From a bacterium (GTDB lineage Bacteria > SM23-31), in assembly GCA_965249485.1 (NCBI GenBank), contig OZ252239.1:1088001-1152000 (forward strand): a stretch of 64,000 nucleotides of DNA. Direction: 5' to 3'. Below the pieces are notes generated by a model. It was not told where the DNA came from. It saw only the letters and a program-made list of their open reading frames with translations, and searched no databases. Positions 22,515 through 32,468 of the stretch are shown here, piece by piece. Position 1 is the stretch's first letter, and each line of letters begins with the position of its first letter. Made by a program: the position numbers and the translations under genes.

Positions 22515-23498
22515 ATGAGAATATCTATTACTATAGTTTCACTCATGTTCGTGTGGCTGTCCTTCTGGGTAACATGTGGGCGTCTCGATGTGCTTGGACC
22601 TGCAGTGATTGGTTTAATGCAGGAAGAAAGTTCTGAAAGCGGACAATCCGGAACAGAACCGCCACCGTCAGAAGAACTTGGTACGGTTTCAGTTGTAGTA
22701 GAACGTCCGGGATATGACAGCGAACCACACTATTCTCCGGAACTAAATGCCATTGCATTTGTATCCGAAGAAGAAGGAAGCAAAGATATCTGGCGGATAG
22801 GACTTGACGGTTCAAATTTGCTCCGGCTGACGTCACTATCCGGCGAAGAAACAGCTCCGGTTTGGAACAATACCGGAAATACCATCGCATTTACTTCAGA
22901 CTCGCTCGGCAATCAGGACATCTGGATCATGTCAAATACCGGCCAAAATCTGCAACAAGTTACCTCCGATCCTGCGAACGATGCTATGCCCGATTTCAAT
23001 CCCGGGGGAACACAGATCGTCTTCACTTCTGACCGCACAGGCAATCCAGATATCTGGATCATCACAATTGCAACAGGAGATACAACAAGGCTCACATTTG
23101 ACACTGCAAACGACTTTCGGCCCCGCTGGTCGAGCACTGGTCTCATCGCATTCGTTTCTAACAGGAGCGGAAGGAATGAAATCTGGACCGTCTCCGCAAC
23201 GGGAGGTGAACCACAGCAAATTACAAACAGAGTAGCGGATTACGACATGCCGTCATGGTCGCCATCCGGCCAGTTTCTAGGGTATACCTCCAATCGTTCA
23301 AGCAACTGGGATATCTGGATTCAGGAATTCAGTGGCAACACACCGCGTGCTATTTCACCGATACAGGCAACGCTCGATGTCAAATTTGACACAGGACCAT
23401 CGTGGATCAGCGAAACCGCCGGCCTCATATTTTCATCAACTCGCGACGGCGACCTCGACATCTGGCAGATGCTCTTCTTTGAACCGCTAAATCCGTAA
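22515..23498 (+). CDS. TolB-like PD40 beta-propeller protein, probable lipoprotein
   Basis: About six repeats of P.W...G..IAFTS.R.GN.DIW; hydrophobic N-terminus ending in Cys. Confidence 0.82.
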   Translation: MRISITIVSLMFVWLSFWVTCGRLDVLGPAVIGLMQEESSESGQSGTEPPPSEELGTVSVVVERPGYDSEPHYSPELNAIAFVSEEEGSKDIWRIGLDGSNLLRLTSLSGEETAPVWNNTGNTIAFTSDSLGNQDIWIMSNTGQNLQQVTSDPANDAMPDFNPGGTQIVFTSDRTGNPDIWIITIATGDTTRLTFDTANDFRPRWSSTGLIAFVSNRSGRNEIWTVSATGGEPQQITNRVADYDMPSWSPSGQFLGYTSNRSSNWDIWIQEFSGNTPRAISPIQATLDVKFDTGPSWISETAGLIFSSTRDGDLDIWQMLFFEPLNP

Positions 23499-23599
23499 AC
23501 TTACCGCATATGTTTTTATAAAATAGAATGTTATATCGTTAAATTATGTGTGTTGTTATTAAAATAAAAATATAATGTCGCTCACAATCAATTCAATAT

Positions 23600-23626
23600 T
23601 AAACTAAATCGATATTATGCCGATAA
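23600..23626 (+). promoter_or_regulatory. Sigma28 (FliA/SigD)-type promoter upstream of porU
   Basis: Exact TAAA-N15-GCCGATAA. Confidence 0.6.
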
Positions 23627-23710
23627 CAAAAAAAGTATACTGAGTGGAATTCAAATGTTCCCAATGATGTTGTTGTGGTTATCATACTCCGGCTAAGCGG
23701 CAAAATTACC

Positions 23711-23739
23711 TTGACATTTCAGATTTAAATTTGTACACT
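23711..23739 (+). promoter_or_regulatory. Sigma70 promoter upstream of porU
   Basis: TTGACA-N17-TACACT. Confidence 0.7.
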
Positions 23740-23871
23740 TATTTTCACTAAAAATTCGTTTTTTACAGAAAGATTGCCTATACTCGTTCGTTAAAGGTTT
23801 CTACAGGATTTTTTAAGTTATCATTATAATTACCTGTCGAAGTATACCTTTTCGGACGATTTTTATATTTT

Positions 23872-23904
23872 GGGCGTCAAAGGTCTGCTTTGACGCCCTT
23901 TTTT
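23872..23904 (+). terminator. Intrinsic terminator-like hairpin in the porU leader
   Basis: GGGCGTCAAAG-gtctg-CTTTGACGCCC followed by T6. Confidence 0.75.
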
Positions 23905-23943
23905 CGTTTATGAGGCAGGTTACTGAAATAGTTCTGAAAACAC

Positions 23944-26900
23944 ATGAGTTGGTTGAATCGAATATTCCTGAACATATTTTTTGCTGCAGTATGCATCGCC
24001 ATAAGCAGTCTGTTTGTTGTGCCTGTATATGCGCAGCAAACGGACACAAAGAACAGCGAAATTGAAATTATTGAAAACGGCATGTTGGGAATTACTATCA
24101 TCTATACTCCGAATATAGAATTGAAAACAAGGACAGTGAGAACGAGCATATATACATCATTCAACCTTAACCGCGGAACCCACAACGCTCTGCCAGGTGA
24201 ACCGGTTATTCCGGCGCGGCAGGTGCTCATTGCTGTTCCCGAAGGGTCAAATCCGGTAGTCTCGCTGTCGGAAAGTGATTTTTCCACACACGACAACGTC
24301 ACCGCTGAGAACGCTCCCGGTACCGCATTGTCCGATTCGGTATTCATGCAGAACAAATGGCTGAATGGAGAAGTCTATACAACAGGAGAACCAGGTTACT
24401 TTCGTCTACAGCGTGTACTGCCTGTTACTATCTATCCGGTTCAGTACAATCCTGTACAACATGTAGCACGAACTGCCCGGCGGATTGTCACTTACATCAA
24501 TTTCAATGTCGATGCTCAATTATCAAGAACCGTTTTATCACGTGCCGTCGATACACAATCCGAAAATCTTTATAATAATCTGATCCTTAACCACGAATCA
24601 TCCAGAAACTGGCGCAAACAGCCGGAAACACAGCCGCTGCAAAAATCCGGACAATTTATAGACGGCCTTCTCTTTACTGTTACCATTTCGGATGAGGGTA
24701 TTTATAAAATTACCTATAGTGATCTTGTTTCCGCGGGCCTTACACCAGAAACGATCGATCCCCGTTCCATAAAAGTGTATAATAATGGTGGCAGGCCGCT
24801 GCCGGAAGCTATAACCGAAGCAAGACCGAACGGACTCGTCGAAAATGCAATCAGAGTAACCGGCGAAGAGGATGGAAGTTTTGATCAAGGTGATCTTATA
24901 CTTTTTTACGGTAGGGATACAAACGGGTGGGAATGGACTCGTTTCAATGAAGTCCGTCATTATCAGAGTGTTTATGCACGTGAAAATATTTATTGGATAT
25001 CATTCGGCGGTGCATCGGGAAAACGGATGGAAACAGAACCGCTTTCTCAAAGTACCACCCAGCTTCAGACGTCAGGAAGGGCACTTGTCTACCGTGAAGA
25101 TGAGCGGGAAAAAATCCACAATTCCGGTAATGATTGGTTTATGAACATAATGCTGGGTGGTGACTCGCGGGAATTTATTACAGTTCTTCCCGGATATAAA
25201 GTCGGTTCCGATACACAGACACGGGTATTGGTAACATTACCTGTATTTGCTTCAGGTTCTTCGCCTCACAGAGTCAGTGCTTCAGTCAATAAGAGTGATC
25301 CGGTAATCGTTTCAACGATCGGTTTTAGCGATAGAGTTCTCCGGGTAACTACGCCGCTCAGCGATGACGGAATCAATACTCTTGAAGTTAATTATTTATC
25401 TGCACCAGGTCCCGGAAGGACGCTCTATCTTGATTGGTATGAAATTGATTATGAGCGTAACCTCCAACCAGTGGAGGGGGTTGTGAAATTTTATTTGCCG
25501 CCGGACCCTGGAAATAATCAGGAAATGCTATATAGACTAATAGGATACACAAACGAACAGCCGGATGTGTATAATATTACAGAATTTGATGACGTGCGAT
25601 TGCACGCTGTTATCTATAACGCGGGTGACGGATCAGCTCAGTTTTCCGCAGCGCGAGGGGCGGAACTGCAGCAAATTTATACGGTCGACAGTGGTAATTA
25701 CCGTCAGGTTCCAGCACTGAAACCTCGAACGTACCGTGATATCAAGATCAGTAACATCGTTGCCGACATGATCATCGTTTCTCCGAGAGAATTTGAATCT
25801 GCCGCGCAGCCGCTTAAAGAGTTCAGGGAATCTCGGGATAATATTCGCACTGAGATTGCCACAATTGAGGATATCTATGATAATTTTTCTGGAGGGCTGC
25901 AGGACCCTATCGCACTGAGAGATTTTGTGAAATTTGCATTTGATAACTGGACCGATGAACTTGACACTCCGCCTACTTATCTGCTGCTGTTCGGGGACGG
26001 TAACTACGATTACCTCGGTGTCAGAAGCACGTCCGCTCCGATATACATACCGCCCTATCAGCTTAACAGTATATTCGATCTGACAACTCGCACCTTAGAC
26101 GATTTTTTTGTTCGTGTCAGTGGGAACGACAATATTGTCGATCTTGCAGTCGGACGTCTTCCGGTCCAAAGTGTCGACATGGCACAGGGCGTGGTAAACA
26201 AACTCATCACCTATCAGGAGAATCCAATATTCGGGCCGTGGCGGAACCGGATCGGTTTTGCTGCAGACGATGAAATAACGCCCACATCAGATTTCGAGGA
26301 AATCCACACAGAGCAGTTGGAGTTCGTAGCAACAGCGGACTATATTCCTAATTATCTTGAGCAGCGGAAAATTTATCTTATGGAATTTCCTGCAGTTAGC
26401 GATGTAACTTCGTCCAGTGTCCGTAAACCGGGCGCACAGGATGCAATGGTCTCGCTCATGAACGAAGGTACGCTGATTCTTAATTATGTCGGTCATGGTA
26501 ATGAACGGTTATTAGCGCACGAATGGCTCCTTAACCGGGAAATCGATTTGGAGCGAATCGACAATGGGAGAAAACAATTCTTTTTTTACCTTTCTTCATG
26601 CACTTTCGGCAGATGGGATATTCCTAACGAAGACTCGATGGGTGAGCTTCTCGTCACCGAACCGGATAGAGGTGCAATTGCCTTAGTATCGGCGGCACGC
26701 GACGTTTTTGCAGGACCTAATCATGCACTGATGGATGCGTTTTATAGAAACTTTCTCAACGGAACACGGAAAACTGAGCCCATCGGTCTTGCCTTTATGC
26801 AGGCGAAAATTGAAGAGAACCAACCGAACAGCGAAAAATATCATCTGCTCGGTGATCCCAGCATGATTCTAGAGTTTCCCGATAATTTTGTCTCTATTTC

Positions 26901-27927
26901 CTCAATCATACCTGACTCTTTACAGGCACTTGCCGGTGTTCAGGTGAATGGTTCAATTCAATCTCAGGCCCCATTTGAGGGGACGGCTTTTCTTTCGGTT
27001 TTTGATGCAGAAAAGAACGGAGAGCACATAATGAACAATGGAAATATTGTTCATTATAAGCTTCCCGGTTCGTCAATTTTCAGGGGAAATACAACGATTG
27101 ACGCATCTTCAGGTAACCAATTTTCCATGGAGTTTATTGTGCCGAAAGATATCACATATGGTGGAAAAAACGGCAGAGTCAGCCTCTATTTATGGGACGG
27201 TGAAACCGACGGTTCGGTTGTGATAGAAAATTTGAATGTCGGTGGAACAAAACTTGGCGTCGTTGATGTAAAAGGGCCGGAGATTGAAGTACTCTTTGAC
27301 GGTCGCCAGTTTATTTCAGGAGACATCGTGCAGCCCAAACCTGAGCTGGAGCTTCGTCTCTCCGATCCTCATGGTATTAATATTACCGGTGAAGTCGGCC
27401 ATAAGATTGAACTTGCCGTAGATGACAATCAGAGCACAGTTGATTTGAGTACATTTTTCGAGTATGATAACGGGAGTTTTTCAACCGGCAGCGCAGTAAG
27501 ATCACTCCCCGGTCTTACTCCGGGAGAGCATTTGATTTCTGTAAGGGCATGGGATAATTTTAATAATTCCTCCACGTTTAAAGGAATTGTCCAGGTCATC
27601 GCAGAAAACGAATTGACAGTTCAGGATGTCTATAATTATCCCAATCCGTTTGTGAGCGAAACACAATTCACCTTTCAGACCAACGCTGCTGCTGACGCGG
27701 AAGTAGAAGTGAAGATTTTTACTGTTGCCGGGCGGCTTGTAAAATCTCTGTCCTATTATCATTCTGGCGGGTCGTCATTTTTCGTTTCGCCTCCTTGGGA
27801 TGGGACCGATGACGATGGCGACCAACTTGCTAATGGTACGTATCTTTATAAACTCATTACACGGTCAAACGAAGGGGGATCATTCAAACAGATTGAAGCA
27901 CTCAGTAAACTTGTAATAATGAGATAA
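23944..27927 (+). CDS. porU: T9SS sortase/transpeptidase PorU (peptidase C25 family)
   Basis: C25 propeptide, GIYKITYSDL, YLLLFGDGNYD, VGRLPV, catalytic NYVGHG and SSCTFG; CTD YNYPNPF...LANGTYLYKL. Confidence 0.92.
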   Translation: MSWLNRIFLNIFFAAVCIAISSLFVVPVYAQQTDTKNSEIEIIENGMLGITIIYTPNIELKTRTVRTSIYTSFNLNRGTHNALPGEPVIPARQVLIAVPEGSNPVVSLSESDFSTHDNVTAENAPGTALSDSVFMQNKWLNGEVYTTGEPGYFRLQRVLPVTIYPVQYNPVQHVARTARRIVTYINFNVDAQLSRTVLSRAVDTQSENLYNNLILNHESSRNWRKQPETQPLQKSGQFIDGLLFTVTISDEGIYKITYSDLVSAGLTPETIDPRSIKVYNNGGRPLPEAITEARPNGLVENAIRVTGEEDGSFDQGDLILFYGRDTNGWEWTRFNEVRHYQSVYARENIYWISFGGASGKRMETEPLSQSTTQLQTSGRALVYREDEREKIHNSGNDWFMNIMLGGDSREFITVLPGYKVGSDTQTRVLVTLPVFASGSSPHRVSASVNKSDPVIVSTIGFSDRVLRVTTPLSDDGINTLEVNYLSAPGPGRTLYLDWYEIDYERNLQPVEGVVKFYLPPDPGNNQEMLYRLIGYTNEQPDVYNITEFDDVRLHAVIYNAGDGSAQFSAARGAELQQIYTVDSGNYRQVPALKPRTYRDIKISNIVADMIIVSPREFESAAQPLKEFRESRDNIRTEIATIEDIYDNFSGGLQDPIALRDFVKFAFDNWTDELDTPPTYLLLFGDGNYDYLGVRSTSAPIYIPPYQLNSIFDLTTRTLDDFFVRVSGNDNIVDLAVGRLPVQSVDMAQGVVNKLITYQENPIFGPWRNRIGFAADDEITPTSDFEEIHTEQLEFVATADYIPNYLEQRKIYLMEFPAVSDVTSSSVRKPGAQDAMVSLMNEGTLILNYVGHGNERLLAHEWLLNREIDLERIDNGRKQFFFYLSSCTFGRWDIPNEDSMGELLVTEPDRGAIALVSAARDVFAGPNHALMDAFYRNFLNGTRKTEPIGLAFMQAKIEENQPNSEKYHLLGDPSMILEFPDNFVSISSIIPDSLQALAGVQVNGSIQSQAPFEGTAFLSVFDAEKNGEHIMNNGNIVHYKLPGSSIFRGNTTIDASSGNQFSMEFIVPKDITYGGKNGRVSLYLWDGETDGSVVIENLNVGGTKLGVVDVKGPEIEVLFDGRQFISGDIVQPKPELELRLSDPHGINITGEVGHKIELAVDDNQSTVDLSTFFEYDNGSFSTGSAVRSLPGLTPGEHLISVRAWDNFNNSSTFKGIVQVIAENELTVQDVYNYPNPFVSETQFTFQTNAAADAEVEVKIFTVAGRLVKSLSYYHSGGSSFFVSPPWDGTDDDGDQLANGTYLYKLITRSNEGGSFKQIEALSKLVIMR

Positions 27928-27954
27928 GTAAAAAAATGATAAATTACACATTTT

Positions 27955-27970
27955 TGGTACAAATATTGCA
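27955..27970 (+). promoter_or_regulatory. Sigma54 (-24/-12) promoter candidate upstream of porV
   Basis: TGGTACAAATATTGCA with GG and GC 12 bp apart. Confidence 0.6.
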
Positions 27971-28053
27971 CACTGTTATCTGTTTTCATTCAGTAATAAG
28001 CGGCAATTACCAAGATAACAACATAACATATTGTTTTTAAAGGAGGTAATACG

Positions 28054-29106
28054 ATGAAAAGGACCGCATCGGTATTTATTATAGTAGCACTTTGTGCAGT
28101 TTTTACCGGAAATCTTTTCGCACAGAGTGAAGCGACAGCAGAATTTCTGCTCGTTGCACCCGGCGCCAGACCAGGAGGACTCGGTGAGGCAAATGTTGCA
28201 TTAGCGAACGACGCTTACGCAACATATTGGAATCCGGCAGGATTAGGTTTTCTCCGTGGAACACAGGTGAGCGGAATGCATGCGAAATGGCTTCCTGAAT
28301 TGAAGCTTGCCGACATGTATTACGATTATGCCAGTATTATCCGCCATTATGAAGGTATTGGCACAATGGGATTGAGTGCTACCTATATCAATTATGGTGA
28401 TCAGACCCGTACTGATACACAGGGTACTGATCTCGGGACATTCACAAGTTTCGAATATGCTATCGGCCTGTCATATGGTACCCGTCTACTCGATAATCTT
28501 GCTGTTGGAAGTACTGTCAAGTTTATCTATTCCGGCCTATCACCATTTAGTGCCGGTGAACAACAGGGTGACGGTAAAGGCAGTTCAGTAGCCGTCGATC
28601 TCGGTGTCTTGTATAAACCGAAATTTGCAGAACGTGTGACATTTGGTGCTAATTTGCAGAACCTCGGCCCGAAAATAACGTTTGTTGATGCTGATCAGGC
28701 TGACCCGATTCCAACAAATTTGAAAGCCGGTGTTGCATATCAGGCACTGAACAGTATCTATAACAAATTGCTCCTTACCGTAGATTTCAATAAATTGCTC
28801 GTCGTAAAGAATGAAGATGGATCATCAGATCCTTTTTATGAAGCTGTTATTACATCATGGACGCAGGGCGATTTCATCAAACGGGCAAGTATCGGAGGTG
28901 GTGCAGAATACAAATATGCAGATATTTTTGCGCTTCGCGCAGGTTATTTCTATGAAGACATCGGAAAACGTCGGTTTGCGACATACGGCGCTGGACTCCG
29001 GTTTTCGATCTATCAATTTGATTTCGGCTATATTAGTGGATCAGACAACCATCCGCTGAACGACACTATGCGTTTTTCACTCAGTTTTGTTCTCGATGAA
29101 AGTTAG
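28054..29106 (+). CDS. porV: PorV/PorQ-family outer-membrane barrel (T9SS shuttle)
   Basis: FLLVAPGARPGGLGEA, YWNPAGLGF, NLGPKITF, ALRAGYFYE, PLNDTMRFSLSF; directly after porU; strong SD AGGAGG. Confidence 0.9.
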   Translation: MKRTASVFIIVALCAVFTGNLFAQSEATAEFLLVAPGARPGGLGEANVALANDAYATYWNPAGLGFLRGTQVSGMHAKWLPELKLADMYYDYASIIRHYEGIGTMGLSATYINYGDQTRTDTQGTDLGTFTSFEYAIGLSYGTRLLDNLAVGSTVKFIYSGLSPFSAGEQQGDGKGSSVAVDLGVLYKPKFAERVTFGANLQNLGPKITFVDADQADPIPTNLKAGVAYQALNSIYNKLLLTVDFNKLLVVKNEDGSSDPFYEAVITSWTQGDFIKRASIGGGAEYKYADIFALRAGYFYEDIGKRRFATYGAGLRFSIYQFDFGYISGSDNHPLNDTMRFSLSFVLDES

Positions 29107-29122
29107 TCATAGTTATATGACA

Positions 29123-29218
29123 GGCGCTTCCCGAAAGACTTTTAACAAAGCTTTCGATCGGTTGAATTGTTTTGTGGATCTGGTGCAATCCACACAATTT
29201 CGGGAAGCGCCGTTTTTT
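29123..29218 (+). other. Structured intergenic element (14-bp closing stem, inner hairpin, T-tract)
   Basis: GGCGCTTCCCGAAA (29123-29136) pairs with TTTCGGGAAGCGCC (29198-29211); inner TGTGGAT/ATCCACA; then GTTTTTT. Confidence 0.6.
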
Positions 29219-29296
29219 ACTACCGCATTACTCATTGCATGACCATTATCACAAACCGGAATTGTATATATCAGGGAGGAAATTCACATCGTACCT

Positions 29297-32200
29297 ATGA
29301 TACTATCTCTGCAGAGATCTCAATACCTATCATTCCGATTCTTATTCTACCAATTGATTACAGCAGCATTAATCTTAGTGAGTCAGTCCGGTTATGCACA
29401 ATCGGGTGATCCGGTTCCGCTGCTGCTGAAAAAATCAGTGAAAAAGCAGACTATCCCGTTGTCGCAGAAATCTGTTGCTCAGAATGGCGAACAAACATTC
29501 CGTATTCTTGCAATCAGAGCAGAATTCCAGACCGATGACAGCCAGTTTACCACGGGAGACGGGACGTTCGATTATTCTGCAGAAACAGAAGCAGTAGTCG
29601 ATCCTCCTCCCCATGACAGAATTTATTTCTTAGACCAGCTCGAAGCGCTCAAACGGTATTACAATCGTGTTTCAAACGGCATGGCATCGATTACATACGA
29701 TCTTTACCCTGCCGGTGACCGGGAAGCCTACACGCTTCCAAATCTAATGGAATACTACAATCCCAATACGACGGATGATGAGTTGAATCAGCGGCTCGGA
29801 GAACTTGTGAGAGATGCCATTGAACGAGCAGATGTGGATCCATCAATAGATTTTTCTTTATATAATGCAGTCATTATCTTTCACGCTGGTGTCGGAGCCG
29901 ATTTTGCTTTTAATTCCGAGGAATTTAACCCTACTCCATTTGATATTCCATCTGCATTTTTAAACCTGAATGATCTGCGCAGCAGTGTTGCTAACGAACA
30001 GGTTGATTATTTGGGGATTCCAGTTGACGGAGAAGCGGTCCACGTTACCAGTGCAATAATTTTGCCGGAGACTGAATCGAAACAGGGGATTGAACTGGGT
30101 CTAAACGGTATTACTGCGCACCAGTTCGGCCACTATTTCGGACTTCCTCCTCTCTTTAACACAGTAAACGGCAGAACCGGGATCGGTAAATGGGGTGTAA
30201 TGGATATCGGATTTGGCAATCTCGACGGCGTTGTTCCTCCTGAACCGAGTGCATGGAGTAAGGTGTTTCTTGGTTGGGAGACTCCAGTTGTCGTTATGCA
30301 AGGGACTGAATTAACTGTAGTACCTCCAGAAGCGGTGTCGGGAACAAAAATATATAAAGTGCCTATTTCTCCAACAGAACATTTTCTCATAGAAAACAGG
30401 CAGCAGGATTTTGCCGGAGACAACCTAAAGGTAGTACGGGGCGCATCGGGAGTAATTCTAGAGGTTGATGATTACGACATAGATATACCCGGATCGGGGC
30501 TTCTGATCTGGCATATCGATGAGCGTATCATTGCCGCCGGATTGAGCAATAACAGTGTCAATAATGATCCTGATATACGTGGTATCGATCTCGAAGAGGC
30601 CGATGGTTCACAGGACATTGGTGAGCCGTTTCCCGGAATTCTTCCCGGATTCGCAACACCGGCTAACGGAATCCCAAATGATGCGTTTTTCGAAGGGAAT
30701 AATACCGAATTCACACCGGAATCTGTGCCGAGATCCCTTAGCAACGACCGGGCAAACAGCCAGATATCGATCACAGGGATTAGTGAATCGGGTAATGTGA
30801 TGACTTTTTCTGTCGTACGGGATCTGTATGTAGACGGTTTCCCGCTTTATCTTGGGGGAGATTTTACTGATATGGTGCCGATTTGGACAAATCCTTTATC
30901 TGCCGATTCGGTAAAAATTATCATTCCTTCAAAAGATGGAAAAATTTTTGCCTTAAATGGTTCAAATCTGCCATTCGTTGATAACGGTTCGACGGCAATA
31001 AAAACTGACAGTTATGGTAATGAAGAAATTGTGCCGATTTCCTTGTTTATTGACGCCGGAAAATCTCTTGCAGGCGCTCCTGCATTTGTGGGTAATGAGA
31101 GTGGTCTAGAAAACCTTAAAAACAAATTGGTTGTGGCGACAGAAAAACCGGAATTGCAGATATATTCTTTACAAACAGAATCGGGAGGACAATTCGGAAA
31201 TCGTGATGCTCAATGGGATCTTCAAACCGCTCTATCGGTTCCTGTTATGCTGTCCCAATGGATTGTAGCTGGGGGAATTGGCGACATCACCTTCTACGAT
31301 GCAGGGGGAGTGGTGGTAAACTCATACTCAACCGGCGATATCGTAACCGGTCTGACTGCTACGGGAGCAAGCTCGGGGACACCCGAAATTTTTACAGTTA
31401 CATCTCTGGGACTATATTTTTCGTTTTTCGGTACACAGTTAGAACAATCGGGAAATTTGGGAGTCGATCAACCGTTTTCTCCATTATTCACCGATCTGGA
31501 TAGTGACGGACTCGATGAATTGATAGCCGTTTCGCCAGATGGTGCAATGGTTAGAATTCGCGGAGAGTCCGAGAGTTTCAACCTGCAAAGTAGTGTTTCA
31601 GGAGATCCTGCTACAGGCGATGTAAACGGGGACGGTTTCCGGAATATTGTGATTTTCGACGATAATACTATCCGTGCGTATTCACATAACGGCACCCTAT
31701 TACCGGGCTTTCCAATTGCTATAAGTACATTCGGATTGAGCGGTTCAATCAGTACCGAACTTATTCTCGGGGATGTGAACGGTGACGGAAAACAAAACAT
31801 CCTTTTCGGCACTACCGCCGGAAGTGTTGTAGCGATTGATGAAAACAGTTCCATCATACCGGGATTTCCGCTTCCGCTTGGCAGCAGTGCCACAGGTTCT
31901 CTGACACTGCAAAAGAGTGCTCTGGAAGACAGGATGGAGCTTGCAGCTCTCGATAGTGATGGCTATCTTTATCTTTGGGATTTGACTACCTATAGCGATA
32001 AAGATATTGCGTGGAGCACTTTGGGTGGAAACAATGAACGGCTTCGTCATAACATTGAACCGCTTGCAACGGTTGTAGCTCCACCTTCCACACTGCTTAT
32101 GCCGCAGGAACGGGTTTTCAACTGGCCGAATCCAAATGAAGACAACTGGACAAACATCCGCTATTTTCTCAATCATCCTGCCGATGTTCGTGTAAAGATA

Positions 32201-32377
32201 TTCACACAGATCGGAGAACTGGTTGCTAATCTGACCGGGCCAGGAATCCCACAAGTCGATAACGAGATAACGTGGGATCTGACCGGTATCAACAGCGGAG
32301 TCTATTTTGCCGAAGTGTCTGCATCCGGAAACGGACTGCATGAGACAAAAGTTATTAAAATTGCCGTAATAAAATAA
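29297..32377 (+). CDS. M6 (immune inhibitor A)-like metalloprotease homolog with degenerate active site, FG-GAP repeats and T9SS CTD
   Basis: IIFHAG, HQFGHYFGLP, SAWSKVFLGW, EHFLIENRQ, GLLIWHIDE, DLEEADG; GDVNGDG repeats; C-terminal FNWPNP...SGVYFAEV. Confidence 0.82.
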   Translation: MILSLQRSQYLSFRFLFYQLITAALILVSQSGYAQSGDPVPLLLKKSVKKQTIPLSQKSVAQNGEQTFRILAIRAEFQTDDSQFTTGDGTFDYSAETEAVVDPPPHDRIYFLDQLEALKRYYNRVSNGMASITYDLYPAGDREAYTLPNLMEYYNPNTTDDELNQRLGELVRDAIERADVDPSIDFSLYNAVIIFHAGVGADFAFNSEEFNPTPFDIPSAFLNLNDLRSSVANEQVDYLGIPVDGEAVHVTSAIILPETESKQGIELGLNGITAHQFGHYFGLPPLFNTVNGRTGIGKWGVMDIGFGNLDGVVPPEPSAWSKVFLGWETPVVVMQGTELTVVPPEAVSGTKIYKVPISPTEHFLIENRQQDFAGDNLKVVRGASGVILEVDDYDIDIPGSGLLIWHIDERIIAAGLSNNSVNNDPDIRGIDLEEADGSQDIGEPFPGILPGFATPANGIPNDAFFEGNNTEFTPESVPRSLSNDRANSQISITGISESGNVMTFSVVRDLYVDGFPLYLGGDFTDMVPIWTNPLSADSVKIIIPSKDGKIFALNGSNLPFVDNGSTAIKTDSYGNEEIVPISLFIDAGKSLAGAPAFVGNESGLENLKNKLVVATEKPELQIYSLQTESGGQFGNRDAQWDLQTALSVPVMLSQWIVAGGIGDITFYDAGGVVVNSYSTGDIVTGLTATGASSGTPEIFTVTSLGLYFSFFGTQLEQSGNLGVDQPFSPLFTDLDSDGLDELIAVSPDGAMVRIRGESESFNLQSSVSGDPATGDVNGDGFRNIVIFDDNTIRAYSHNGTLLPGFPIAISTFGLSGSISTELILGDVNGDGKQNILFGTTAGSVVAIDENSSIIPGFPLPLGSSATGSLTLQKSALEDRMELAALDSDGYLYLWDLTTYSDKDIAWSTLGGNNERLRHNIEPLATVVAPPSTLLMPQERVFNWPNPNEDNWTNIRYFLNHPADVRVKIFTQIGELVANLTGPGIPQVDNEITWDLTGINSGVYFAEVSASGNGLHETKVIKIAVIK

Positions 32378-32468
32378 ATGCTGTAATAAAATATATAATT
32401 AATCTGTATATTATATGTTTGCACATTAACAATACTACGTATTCAAACAACAAAACAGAAAAAAGGAT

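Noticed and set aside
23655..23696. 13-codon ORF (MFPMMLLWLSYSG) after the sigma28 site
   Set aside because: Too short, weak RBS and no supporting evidence.
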